Positions 46,914-55,260 of a stretch of DNA of 64,000 nt are shown here, piece by piece. Both the position numbers and the translations under genes were made by a program. The notes beneath the pieces are model-generated. The model saw only the letters and a list, made by a program, of their open reading frames with translations, did not search any database and was not told where the DNA came from. The stretch is from positions 96,001 to 160,000 of IMG/VR virus record IMGVR_UViG_3300023179_000011; one strand, 5' to 3'. How positions within the stretch are numbered: position 1 is the stretch's first letter; each line of letters opens with the position of its first letter. The stretch is from a virus.

Positions 46914-47939
46914 CTAGATCCGACCGAGCGCGCCATAACTGCGAAGTTTTTTCGGAGGCCAGCCGTTCACGCCCGAGACCGCCACCATATAGCGATTTTT
47001 GATATCAGACCATCGAGCCCAGAAAGCGCCAACAGGAATATCAACGACAGTCCCAAAAACACGGCGGCTTCCACCATTCCACGCACCCCAGCTGTTTTGA
47101 ATTAACACTAACGGCTCGCCATAAAGTTTTTTAATATCGTCGCGATCGTCTACGCCGAGATAGGCCATAGCGTGGGCCCACGAGCCTTTACGTTTACTTA
47201 CGCCGTTTAAATCACGCTCGGATGAGAATCCCTCACTCCCGCAGCTACTTACGCAATAACCGTTGGCGAGGAGATCACGAAGCGCTTCGTACTCTTCGAT
47301 CTCGGTGATCGTTTGCACGAGATGTAATTTACCGATTGCGCGCCACGAGTCCGGCGGCGTTTTTGAACCGTATATGCCGGCATTGCGTGACGAATACTGC
47401 GTAAAATCAACACCGATTTCGTCATACTTTTTCCGCAACCAAAGGCCGCTGTCGTTTAACATAACACTGGCTGCTTCGGCGCAGCTCCAACCGTCACCGC
47501 CATGCCGGCGCCAGTTGTAAATTACTTCGGTTGACAACACGCCGTTGAGCCGCGCGGTGTCGCTTACTTCCGGGGCGCCTTCAAGCCGGCCGCTGTTCGG
47601 ATCGGGCAGGCCGCTTGTAATCTCGCAACACAGCGTTCCGAGCGCCGAATTTCTGCTCGACCAACTCACACAATCGCCGCGACCTTGTGCTCCACCCGGC
47701 AGGCAGTCCGGGTAGAGCTTCAAGATCTCTAACACAGGAAGACTTAACTTTCCCTTGCCTGTCTCTTCCAGTGCGTACGCCGAGCATGCCATGGCGCCGT
47801 CTGGTATGCCGCCAGCAGCTTTAATTTGATCGCGGAGCGCTTCGGCGGCTTCTGGGTTGCCATACGCCCCCACAAAACCCGTTTCATACGCTGCCACAAC
47901 GTCATAGACGTTTTCAAAAAATTGCTCAGTGTCGGCCAT
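46914..47939 (-). CDS. Papain-like cysteine protease (C1 family)
   Basis: 'QGRGDCVSWS' (oxyanion Gln and catalytic Cys), 'WAHAMAYLG' (His), 'IQNSWG' (Asn). Confidence 0.85.
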   Translation of the reverse strand: MADTEQFFENVYDVVAAYETGFVGAYGNPEAAEALRDQIKAAGGIPDGAMACSAYALEETGKGKLSLPVLEILKLYPDCLPGGAQGRGDCVSWSSRNSALGTLCCEITSGLPDPNSGRLEGAPEVSDTARLNGVLSTEVIYNWRRHGGDGWSCAEAASVMLNDSGLWLRKKYDEIGVDFTQYSSRNAGIYGSKTPPDSWRAIGKLHLVQTITEIEEYEALRDLLANGYCVSSCGSEGFSSERDLNGVSKRKGSWAHAMAYLGVDDRDDIKKLYGEPLVLIQNSWGAWNGGSRRVFGTVVDIPVGAFWARWSDIKNRYMVAVSGVNGWPPKKLRSYGALGRI

Positions 47940-47957
47940 TGTATTCTCCTGCTTAAA

Positions 47958-48413
47958 TCAGGCGGTCGGTTCTTCGCCCTTGGTTTCGCTCACAAGCGTC
48001 ACGCCGAGCGTGCCCGGCTGCGCCGGCGGCAGCGTGTCTTCCGCAACAAACGCCAGCACGGCCGGTTCGGAGCGGTTGCCGGCGTCGTCGATATCGACAA
48101 CGCGCAGTTCCACCGACGAGCCCTGCGCAACTAGCACGTCACCCAGCTCCGTTGCCGACGGCTCATAGGCGCGAACCTCACGCGCTACGTCGCTGCCGTC
48201 TACGTACACCGACAGCTCACGTGTTACTACGTCAGCGTCAACAACCGGACCAACCAAAACGCGATACGTCAAAATATCAGCCATTGTTGTATTACTCCTA
48301 ATTTGAAAAACTCTTACGTCTACTGGCGACGATGGCGCCGCAAAAAATTGCGCCATTACCACCAACAACCACACCACCAAGCACAGTAAAACGGCAGCTG
48401 TTGCGGCGCCCAT
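47958..48413 (-). CDS. Fibronectin-III / Ig-like domain protein, possibly membrane-anchored
   Basis: 'VELRVVDIDDAGNRSEP...DTLPPAQPG' is an FnIII-type pattern; in-frame starts at 48413 (with TM helix) and 48284 (TAGGAG ribosome-binding site). Confidence 0.6.
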   Translation of the reverse strand: MGAATAAVLLCLVVWLLVVMAQFFAAPSSPVDVRVFQIRSNTTMADILTYRVLVGPVVDADVVTRELSVYVDGSDVAREVRAYEPSATELGDVLVAQGSSVELRVVDIDDAGNRSEPAVLAFVAEDTLPPAQPGTLGVTLVSETKGEEPTA

Positions 48414-48414
48414 G

Positions 48415-48867
48415 TTATTTAGCGACAACGACAGAACTCGCGACAATGTCGCACGCCTCTCCTAGTTTTTTTAGCGTTTCCGGGTTACCGGGCAGAACGT
48501 CGTCTGTCCCCACTGTAGTTTTAAATACGTTTTCAATTGCAACATCGAGGCCCGGGTATTTATTCACCTGATCAATCGCTAGCTCTAGCGTATGACCGTG
48601 CAGCTCTTCCCACTTCTCTGTCGTCGTGATGCGATCAGGCGCCGTGGGTCGTTGCAGCACTGTTTTTAATGACGTATACACGTCATAAATACGCGCGCGA
48701 TCGGCGGCAGTGGCGCCGGAAAGCAATTTGACAATGTCTGCGGCAACCGGCGCGTCAGCGACGACCGGACGAACTACCGCCGCATTAAAACTCGGCAGCT
48801 TTGGGCCGTTCGGAAAAACCAACGACACCAAAAGAATTAATCCGGCGACCCAAACAAGCTTTTTCAT
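48415..48867 (-). CDS. Membrane-anchored or secreted hypothetical protein
   Basis: N-terminal MKK plus a hydrophobic helix. Confidence 0.65.
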   Translation of the reverse strand: MKKLVWVAGLILLVSLVFPNGPKLPSFNAAVVRPVVADAPVAADIVKLLSGATAADRARIYDVYTSLKTVLQRPTAPDRITTTEKWEELHGHTLELAIDQVNKYPGLDVAIENVFKTTVGTDDVLPGNPETLKKLGEACDIVASSVVVAK

Positions 48868-49142
48868 ACAACACCTTTTGACGGTTGTTCGTACTCAACA
48901 ATTACGCGAAGCAGAGCCGTGCACGCGTCTACACCGCTATCACAACCTTCGGCGGCCAGCTTGTCGCGAAGTTTGGTCACGGCAAGAATGTCGTTAACCA
49001 GCGGAACGGCGATCGACTCTTGAACAGCCGGACCAGACACAACGGAAGAAGCGCCGCGCAGTTTTGCCAGAATTTCTTTTCGGTACGTCGCGAGGAGCAC
49101 CGCAACAAAAATACCTAAACTCACTAATTGAAACGTAGTCAT
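48864..49142 (-). CDS. Small membrane protein
   Basis: N-terminal TM helix 'LVSLGIFVAVLLATY'; GGAG ribosome-binding site. Confidence 0.65.
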   Translation of the reverse strand: MTTFQLVSLGIFVAVLLATYRKEILAKLRGASSVVSGPAVQESIAVPLVNDILAVTKLRDKLAAEGCDSGVDACTALLRVIVEYEQPSKGVV

Positions 49143-49177
49143 GTGTTCTCCAGTTTAAAGCAGGAAACGTTATTTTA

Positions 49178-50005
49178 TCACGCTTGCGGTACTAGTACAT
49201 ACGGACGGCCGTTAATTACCAACGTGCCGCCAATATTTATACCAGCATCTTTTGTGATAGGATACGCCGTTGTACGTTTACCGTACAGCTTAATGATTTC
49301 TGAAATGTCGCCTTCTTGCGGTTTTGTTACGTTTGGGTCGTAGTAGGGCGCCATGAGGTTGCCGGCGTTTAAATGCGGCAAACCGAGCGCATGCCCTAGT
49401 TCGTGGCAAATAACAGCCACGGCCATGTTAAAACTCCAATCTTCCGCTTCGTCAAACATTTGATCGAGCTGCACGTTTTCTGCGACGCCGCACGGAAGTT
49501 CGCTCCACGCGAGCGTACCACCTTTGTTATCTAAACCGTTTTTCTTACCGGCCCCAGAGCGCGCGTAAATATTGGCTTTTTTGTGCGTATCAACCCGCAC
49601 AGGATCAATAGCGCACACTTCAGCCCACTGAGAAAAAGCGATGTCATACGCTTCTGATACTTGCGCTGTTGTAAGCCCGGGCAGATGAATTTCGTGGTAG
49701 TACGAAATATTCGGTATCGGCCATTTACAAGGATCACTGCCCGACGCCGTGATGTTAAAGTCAGGCAGGCCGCAGCGCTTCCGGTTAATTCTATGCGCGG
49801 TCTTTGGTCCGACAGTTCCGGTCGGATTCAAACCATTGAATTCTTGAAACGAGCGAATCGCCTTTTGGAGTTCCGCGCCTTTGATTTTCTTGACTTGCGC
49901 CAGCGTTTTGTCGCCGAAATACCCCAGCACGTGGAGGCGGCGAAGGATCTCGCTAACGGGTAATACATGCGAGTCGTTCTTTTGATTTGTTGGCTTCCGT
50001 GCCAT
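49178..50005 (-). CDS. Matrixin (M10 metallopeptidase) with a PGBD-like prodomain and cysteine switch
   Basis: 'AIRSFQEFNGLNPTG' (PGBD-like), 'RCGLPD' switch, 'HELGHALGLPH' zinc motif, 'LMAP' Met-turn. Confidence 0.9.
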   Translation of the reverse strand: MARKPTNQKNDSHVLPVSEILRRLHVLGYFGDKTLAQVKKIKGAELQKAIRSFQEFNGLNPTGTVGPKTAHRINRKRCGLPDFNITASGSDPCKWPIPNISYYHEIHLPGLTTAQVSEAYDIAFSQWAEVCAIDPVRVDTHKKANIYARSGAGKKNGLDNKGGTLAWSELPCGVAENVQLDQMFDEAEDWSFNMAVAVICHELGHALGLPHLNAGNLMAPYYDPNVTKPQEGDISEIIKLYGKRTTAYPITKDAGINIGGTLVINGRPYVLVPQA

Positions 50006-50025
50006 AGTGCGCGTCCTTGCAAAGG

Positions 50026-50430
50026 TTATTGCGCGGCAGCCAACTCCATTAACCCGGCGGCTGCTGCGTCGTCGATTGTATCACTCAGCGTATAGACAGC
50101 GCCAACAACAGGGTTGTCACGCGTGTATTCTACGCCTGTTTTCTCGCAGTGATCGCGCCACACGTTGTTCAGCCGGCGCCGCAGTCGCATAAGTTTGCGC
50201 GGCGGAAGCGTACGTAACTCGCGCATGCTGTTCTGAATCGCGTCCGCGGAGTTCTTTTCTCGGCAATGAATGATCACCTGCACAATGATCGAAATGATCA
50301 TGATGATGGTGATAGGATCAAACTGATACGAGTTATTACCCTGAGCGACAAGCTCGTCCGTGAGCTTGTCTCTCAGGGCTGACAGCGCAGGCGACTCGTT
50401 CACACGGCGCTGCAGTTCTTCTGTAGTCAT
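50026..50430 (-). CDS. Membrane-associated hypothetical protein
   Basis: Internal TM helix 'PITIIMIISIIVQVII'. Confidence 0.6.
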   Translation of the reverse strand: MTTEELQRRVNESPALSALRDKLTDELVAQGNNSYQFDPITIIMIISIIVQVIIHCREKNSADAIQNSMRELRTLPPRKLMRLRRRLNNVWRDHCEKTGVEYTRDNPVVGAVYTLSDTIDDAAAAGLMELAAAQ

Positions 50431-50801
50431 CAGTTTGCCGCCCGTTCAGCGCGCATTTTTTCGACAGCGATCGCTTCCATGTAGCGATAACGCGCGTCGA
50501 TCATCTGAGCGCGGATCTCAGTCCGACCCGCCAGATACTTCCAGATCAGCGCGCTGTTCAGCACGACAATCTGTGTCGCGCCGACAATAGCCGTGATCGC
50601 CTTGGTAAGCGTTTCGGCCTGCGACTGATCAACCCAGCCAACGAGCACAGCAACAGCAATCAGGTTCGTTACCGCGCCGACAGCCATAGTCCAAAATTCA
50701 GGCGTCAGCCAGTTGCCAGAATCGCCGCTTACATCGTCAGCCGCGGCATTTAAAACGCGCAGCTCTTCACGAACTGTTTCAACACTTTTTTTCGTAGCCA
50801 T
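50430..50801 (-). CDS. Holin-like two-TM membrane protein
   Basis: Likely start MATKK at 50801 after AGGAG; 'WLTPEFW' followed by two hydrophobic helices. Confidence 0.55.
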   Translation of the reverse strand: MATKKSVETVREELRVLNAAADDVSGDSGNWLTPEFWTMAVGAVTNLIAVAVLVGWVDQSQAETLTKAITAIVGATQIVVLNSALIWKYLAGRTEIRAQMIDARYRYMEAIAVEKMRAERAAN

Positions 50802-50830
50802 AACTTCTCCTAGAAAAAAGACGTGCCCGT

Positions 50831-50858
50831 ATTGTACTAACCACAAAATTCAACGCAA
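50831..50858 (-). promoter_or_regulatory. Sigma70-like promoter upstream of the membrane/protease cluster
   Basis: TTGCGT-N16-TACAAT in the intergenic gap. Confidence 0.5.
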
Positions 50859-50864
50859 GTCGGA

Positions 50865-51875
50865 TTAACGCCCAAACATACTGGGGACGATGGCGTGCAT
50901 CATGCCGCCCCATAACCCCATATCTTGTAACTTTGCCTGCCCCGCTGGTGTTAAACCGGCGAGCGCTGATAAGGCTTTTCCGGCGACCGTCGCGGTTGCC
51001 AAACCGACGCCGGCAGACGCAATACCGTTAATTACGTCTACTGGCCGAATAATAGGCGAGCGCATGTTGGTGCTGATACCGCTCATTAGCCCGGTGGCTG
51101 CGGCAGCAAACTGCGGCGGCGTATGGTTTTGAAACCCGCGGTACATTCCCATATTCACATCCTGCCACGCCGCGCTGTTGAACTGCGGCACCGACACTGT
51201 TGGAGCAAACATCGGGTCGTCTGCAAACGACTTCTTGGTCATCTTAGCTTCGTAGGGGTAGACGACCGGTGTTTTGTTATTTGTAAGAAGACCGCGCAAC
51301 ATGCTCGTACGGAGCGCGCGCGCATTGGCGTACGAATTCAACCCGGCGACGCCAACACCGCTCAGAGCGCCCATCAGGCCGAGCGTGCGGCGCAGTTTGC
51401 CGCGCTCCAGATAGCGTGCTGGAAAAACTTGCTCTGCCAGCGCGCCCGCGCCATATCCGAGGCCGCCGGCGAGCAACCCGGTCATCAGCCCGTTCGACAG
51501 CGGCGTGGGGCCGCCGAGCATGGCGTTGCCGGTGTTCCACACGGTAGGCAGGCCGGGTACAAGCGAACCGACTTTAATGATGATCTCTTCTGCCGGATCT
51601 GGCTGTGCCGGCCCGCGCGTCACAATTGCAACGTTATAACCAGCTTGCTTCATCTCGTCGGCGTACGCGGCGCTTGCTGTTTTGTTTGTCTCCGCTGGCG
51701 CATACAGCGTGACCAAACCGACGTCTGGCTCCCACGTCGCGACCGTCGTCGCCAGCAGGCCCGCGGCGAGCGCGGCGTGTTCGTGAGCGGTTTTAAGCTG
51801 AAACGCCGCCGGAAGCAGCGTTGAAACACGCTCCGGGACAGCCTGCCACTCGTAAATAGTCGCGGTTGCAGTCAT
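50865..51875 (-). CDS. Glycine-zipper putative internal head protein
   Basis: LKTAH and NKTAS motifs; several G-x-x-x-G hydrophobic segments. Confidence 0.55.
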   Translation of the reverse strand: MTATATIYEWQAVPERVSTLLPAAFQLKTAHEHAALAAGLLATTVATWEPDVGLVTLYAPAETNKTASAAYADEMKQAGYNVAIVTRGPAQPDPAEEIIIKVGSLVPGLPTVWNTGNAMLGGPTPLSNGLMTGLLAGGLGYGAGALAEQVFPARYLERGKLRRTLGLMGALSGVGVAGLNSYANARALRTSMLRGLLTNNKTPVVYPYEAKMTKKSFADDPMFAPTVSVPQFNSAAWQDVNMGMYRGFQNHTPPQFAAAATGLMSGISTNMRSPIIRPVDVINGIASAGVGLATATVAGKALSALAGLTPAGQAKLQDMGLWGGMMHAIVPSMFGR

Positions 51876-51881
51876 AGCGCG

Positions 51882-52151
51882 TCAGCTTAAACCAAGTAAA
51901 AAACGAACAAACACCAAAATCCACGCTAATACGCCACTGATAGCAAAAAAAACAACAACCGCGCTTAGGCTTATCACGCGCCCAAGCTGCTGAATTGGAA
52001 TGTCTTTCAACAGTCGCCACGCTTTGAGGTAATCAATCGCGCCCGGCTGCTTCGGGGGCGTGGGCGCAGGTGGAGTGTTTGGTTCCGGCGTGACGGGATC
52101 TTTTTTACGTCCGAGCAGCCCGCGCAGCCGGTCGAGTAGCGAGTCAGCCAT
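51882..52151 (-). CDS. Small protein with a C-terminal membrane helix
   Basis: Likely start MADSLL at 52151; C-terminal 'LSAVVVFFAISGVLAWILVFVRFLLGL'. Confidence 0.6.
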   Translation of the reverse strand: MADSLLDRLRGLLGRKKDPVTPEPNTPPAPTPPKQPGAIDYLKAWRLLKDIPIQQLGRVISLSAVVVFFAISGVLAWILVFVRFLLGLS

Positions 52152-53805
52152 GGTTCTTTCCCCAGTTTTTGATTGTGTCGAAAACATCGTTGCCGTAAAG
52201 CTGGGTTGCTTTATCGAACATGTTCATCTGCGGCAGCGTTCCAGTCGCGGCAGCTTGGGCCATTTGATAGCGATACTGCGGATCGAGCATTGACCGGTAC
52301 TGGTGCGCTTTCATTCTCGACGCCAGAATAAAGTCGCCGCGCTGTTTGGCTTTTAACAGATGATCAACCACATTTTCGTACACGGGTTTGTTGTGGTCGA
52401 ACACAAACGGTGTGCGAAAATTTAATAAATTGCCAAACTGCTGCGCATACACACTGTTCTCGGCCGCTTTGACCTGCGAACCGATGACACCGCGCGGAGC
52501 ATGAAACCGAAACTTTGTCGGCGTATGGGTGATACCCTTGTACTTTGGCTTTGGATCATCAACGTGCCAGTCCTGCGGCGATTGCGCGATTAATCGCCGC
52601 AAGATTTCATGCTTGCGGTCGTATTCGCGGCGGTCGGAGTGCGTTTTCGCGCTACGCAGCTCGTCAAGAATGCTGGGTTTCTTTTTTTCTGGCTGCGCGG
52701 CGGATGATTTGATGCCGCCGATGGTCGTATTTGAAATCGGCGGCGACGCGGGCAGGGCTGAAGAATTAACAACGGGGGTTGTTCCGCCGTTTGGTTTTGA
52801 TTGTTGCTGCATCCCGCGGCGAATCTGACCGGGCGGTGTTGTCACAATTTTAAAGGCTTTGCCGTGCCACTGATCAAAATCAATTGGATCCTGAGCACCC
52901 TTCTCTATTTCTTTGACTTTTTCGTAGTACTGCGGATCTTCGGACAGGTGATCCTTGGCAATTTCTTTGGCAACTTGATCGTTTCTTGTGTGTTCGTGCT
53001 CATGTTTAGCTCCTTCGGCTAACGAGTCAGCAGAAAATTCCCGATCGGGTAAATTATCACCTTTTCCGCCCGCTAACAGGTCTTTTTGTCCCGAGCGGGA
53101 AAAATTTGTACTTTTGGCCGCCGTATTATCCCGTACGGGAGTGTTGCTAGCGGCTTTCAGCTCTCCCCTACTGATGGGGTTACTAAACCGATGCCCTTCG
53201 TCACTTTCGGCAGGGGTTTCGTAACCCTTGGCTTTGCCGTTGTCGAGAAGAATGCCCTTGCGGCGGGCGGCTACCGTGATGTGGAACGGATGATCGTCGT
53301 TCGGGAGCGCGGATAAGCCGTAGCTCTTGCGAAGCGCCGATAAAGCCGGGCTGCTGACCTGAATCGCCCAGACTTTGCTGACGCCGTCGACGTTTTTGAC
53401 GTCAATCTCTTTCAGCCCGCCGAGCGTGTAACCAAACATGTGGCCGCGCTCGTTAATTTTGTCGGCGCCAATAGACGCAACCTCGTCCGCCGTCATCACC
53501 GATATATGCGCATTTACAATGTGCGCTTCGACGTTTGGGACGTTGAAGACGCCAGCCGTCGGAAGTTCGGTTCCGGGCTCAACCAGCGCGTCGAACACAC
53601 CACGGACAAGGGCGTTCGGTACAGATAACAAAAGCCAGCCGGACTTGGCGAGATAGAGCCGGCCGGCGAGCGGGTAACTTGTGGCCGCCTGCTTGTTGCC
53701 GCCACGATACAGCCAGCCGAGCGCGTTGCCGGCGGCGTAGGCAGGATGCTCGCGAAAGTATTGCGGGTCCCAAGCGATCGGATCGAGTGCTGAGAGGCTG
53801 TCCAT
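52144..53805 (-). CDS. Multidomain protein with an N-terminal 2H phosphoesterase and a DUF5661-like module
   Basis: Two 2H motifs 'AHISV' and 'FHITV'; later 'EGAKHEHEHT...AKEIAKDHLSEDPQYY'; domains separated by K-x-A linkers. Confidence 0.75.
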   Translation of the reverse strand: MDSLSALDPIAWDPQYFREHPAYAAGNALGWLYRGGNKQAATSYPLAGRLYLAKSGWLLLSVPNALVRGVFDALVEPGTELPTAGVFNVPNVEAHIVNAHISVMTADEVASIGADKINERGHMFGYTLGGLKEIDVKNVDGVSKVWAIQVSSPALSALRKSYGLSALPNDDHPFHITVAARRKGILLDNGKAKGYETPAESDEGHRFSNPISRGELKAASNTPVRDNTAAKSTNFSRSGQKDLLAGGKGDNLPDREFSADSLAEGAKHEHEHTRNDQVAKEIAKDHLSEDPQYYEKVKEIEKGAQDPIDFDQWHGKAFKIVTTPPGQIRRGMQQQSKPNGGTTPVVNSSALPASPPISNTTIGGIKSSAAQPEKKKPSILDELRSAKTHSDRREYDRKHEILRRLIAQSPQDWHVDDPKPKYKGITHTPTKFRFHAPRGVIGSQVKAAENSVYAQQFGNLLNFRTPFVFDHNKPVYENVVDHLLKAKQRGDFILASRMKAHQYRSMLDPQYRYQMAQAAATGTLPQMNMFDKATQLYGNDVFDTIKNWGKNHG

Positions 53806-53819
53806 AGCGCGCTTTCAAA

Positions 53820-53891
53820 CTGCCTGAGTAGGACTCGAACCTACAACCCCAGCATTAACAGTGCCGTGCACTACCATTGTGCTATCAGGCA
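53820..53891 (-). tRNA. trnN: tRNA-Asn (GUU), CCA not encoded
   Basis: TGCCTGA/TCAGGCA acceptor stem, D-arm GCAC-AATGGTA-GTGC, anticodon arm CGGCA-CTGTTAA-TGCTG, T-arm GTAGG-TTCGAGT-CCTAC, discriminator G. Confidence 0.95.
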
Positions 53892-53898
53892 AGGTATG

Positions 53899-54048
53899 TC
53901 ACGGGGTCGCGCTAATACTTGGATTCGTCATACCTCCAACCGCATGATGAGAAACTGCCGCATACGCGGACACCAGCAGCAAGAGGCAAAATACGGCGGA
54001 AGCGCCCCATGCGACTACGCTTAATTGTTTACGGACGGTCATTGTCAT
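53899..54048 (-). CDS. Small single-TM protein (49 aa)
   Basis: MTMTVRKQLSVVAWGASAVFCLLLLVSAYAAV...; overlaps the holin end. Confidence 0.5.
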   Translation of the reverse strand: MTMTVRKQLSVVAWGASAVFCLLLLVSAYAAVSHHAVGGMTNPSISATP

Positions 54049-54385
54049 GCTCGTGCTCCAGTTCGCGGTCACGTTCGTGCACAATGGTTACTTTGATACC
54101 GGCACCCGACAATAACGATATTGCCAGATCCGTTAAAGTGGAACCGCCCATGCCCGCCAGCACGCAAATGCCGATCAGGCCGTAGACGTTTTCGGCTTTC
54201 CGATAGTTTTGATACCAAATCAGGGCGATGGCGAGGCCGAGAAAACCGGCGTTCAGCATCGCACTGATGATAGCTAGTTTAGACAGTTTCTTAGCAAACC
54301 GCAAAAGCGTTGCCAGCCCGGCAAACGCAGCCGCGCCAAAAGCGCTTAAAAGCACCGACAACGAATGTAATGTTTCGTCGCCCAT
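54029..54385 (-). CDS. Putative holin (LydA-like, three TM helices)
   Basis: Three hydrophobic helices ending in 'ICVLAGMGGSTL' and a charged C-terminal tail. Confidence 0.65.
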   Translation of the reverse strand: MGDETLHSLSVLLSAFGAAAFAGLATLLRFAKKLSKLAIISAMLNAGFLGLAIALIWYQNYRKAENVYGLIGICVLAGMGGSTLTDLAISLLSGAGIKVTIVHERDRELEHEHDNDRP

Positions 54386-54420
54386 GATTTGTAACCGCCT
54401 GTAATTACTGGTGTTATAAA

Positions 54421-54642
54421 TGTGTCAAAAGCCCCTGCGATCCCCTGTCCGCAGGCCCTATCACGGCCGAAGCCGCGATTCTGCAGCAACTTTCAAGGAC
54501 ATAATTTCGTCCCGTGTGGCATTTGCTGCTCCTCCGCCCGTGAGCCCGACAAAATCTGACCACGGAACCTGTAACCCCCGCGGCATCCCTGCCTTAGAAG
54601 CTACGCCTAACCAGTCGACCACCACGACTAACTTTTGACACA
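54421..54642 (-). ncRNA. Candidate structured non-coding RNA (about 222 nt)
   Basis: Perfect 11-bp terminal helix TGTGTCAAAAG/CTTTTGACACA, several internal hairpins including a cUUCGg loop, and an extended -10 element just upstream. Confidence 0.55.
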
Positions 54643-54647
54643 ACTCT

Positions 54648-54656
54648 AGTTTAACA
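54648..54656 (-). promoter_or_regulatory. Extended -10 promoter element
   Basis: TGT-TAAACT places +1 at about 54641, at the 5' end of the terminal helix. Confidence 0.5.
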
Positions 54657-54720
54657 TTTTTTATCCGGCGTAAGATAACGTCGAATAAACCGCAGCGACA
54701 AATTGTCAAAGAGCGCGCCG

Positions 54721-55173
54721 CTAAATGTACAGCGCGGGAACATTGCTGCACAGCCCGGCTGGTTCAAATTGCTCAATCCAGCCGGGAGCTGTCTCAGGAA
54801 GAAAAGCGATCGAGCGCGGCGCCAACTCGTGCGGCGCGGGCGTCCAAATAAATTGCGCGCTGGTTAGCGTAGGCGCGGTGCTATCGAAAAGGGCGTGCGC
54901 GCCCACGTTGCACAGCGCGTCGAGCGTTTCGCAGTCAAAGCAGCGCGACCAGACACGCTGCTTGGAAAAAAACCCGGGCGGGGCTGAATTAAATCCGCTG
55001 TCAAAGGGCAATAAAAAACTACCCTGATAAAACACGACGTTTGCGCACACGTGCCAGCCGGCGTCTAGCGCGGCTTTAAGATATGCCAGCCGATTTTCTT
55101 TCTCAGGCTGCGGGCCAACAGTGTTGCCAAGATTGGCAATTAAAATACCTTCAAACCGCGTGTTACGCGCCAT
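54721..55173 (-). CDS. Degenerate glycerophosphodiester phosphodiesterase-like protein
   Basis: 'ILIANLGN...EN...YLKAALDAGWHVCANV' aligns with the family pattern 'IAHRGN...EN...AL..G.DVE.DV' but lacks the catalytic residues. Confidence 0.55.
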   Translation of the reverse strand: MARNTRFEGILIANLGNTVGPQPEKENRLAYLKAALDAGWHVCANVVFYQGSFLLPFDSGFNSAPPGFFSKQRVWSRCFDCETLDALCNVGAHALFDSTAPTLTSAQFIWTPAPHELAPRSIAFLPETAPGWIEQFEPAGLCSNVPALYI

Positions 55174-55260
55174 GCCTGCTTCCCTGACTTGTTAATAGCC
55201 GCCACGTGTTTGTATGTGGCGTATCCTACTCGTGACTGCAACGTGTGTCCACGAGAAGAG

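Noticed and set aside
53806-53820. tRNA-associated self-cleaving (theta/HDV-like) ribozyme
   Set aside because: Only about 14 nt separate the tRNA 3' end from the next start codon, which is too short.
54421-54642. MITE or IS remnant defined by the 11-bp inverted repeats
   Set aside because: No target-site duplication flanks the repeats, and the interior folds with G-U pairs and has an aligned promoter, which fits an RNA better.
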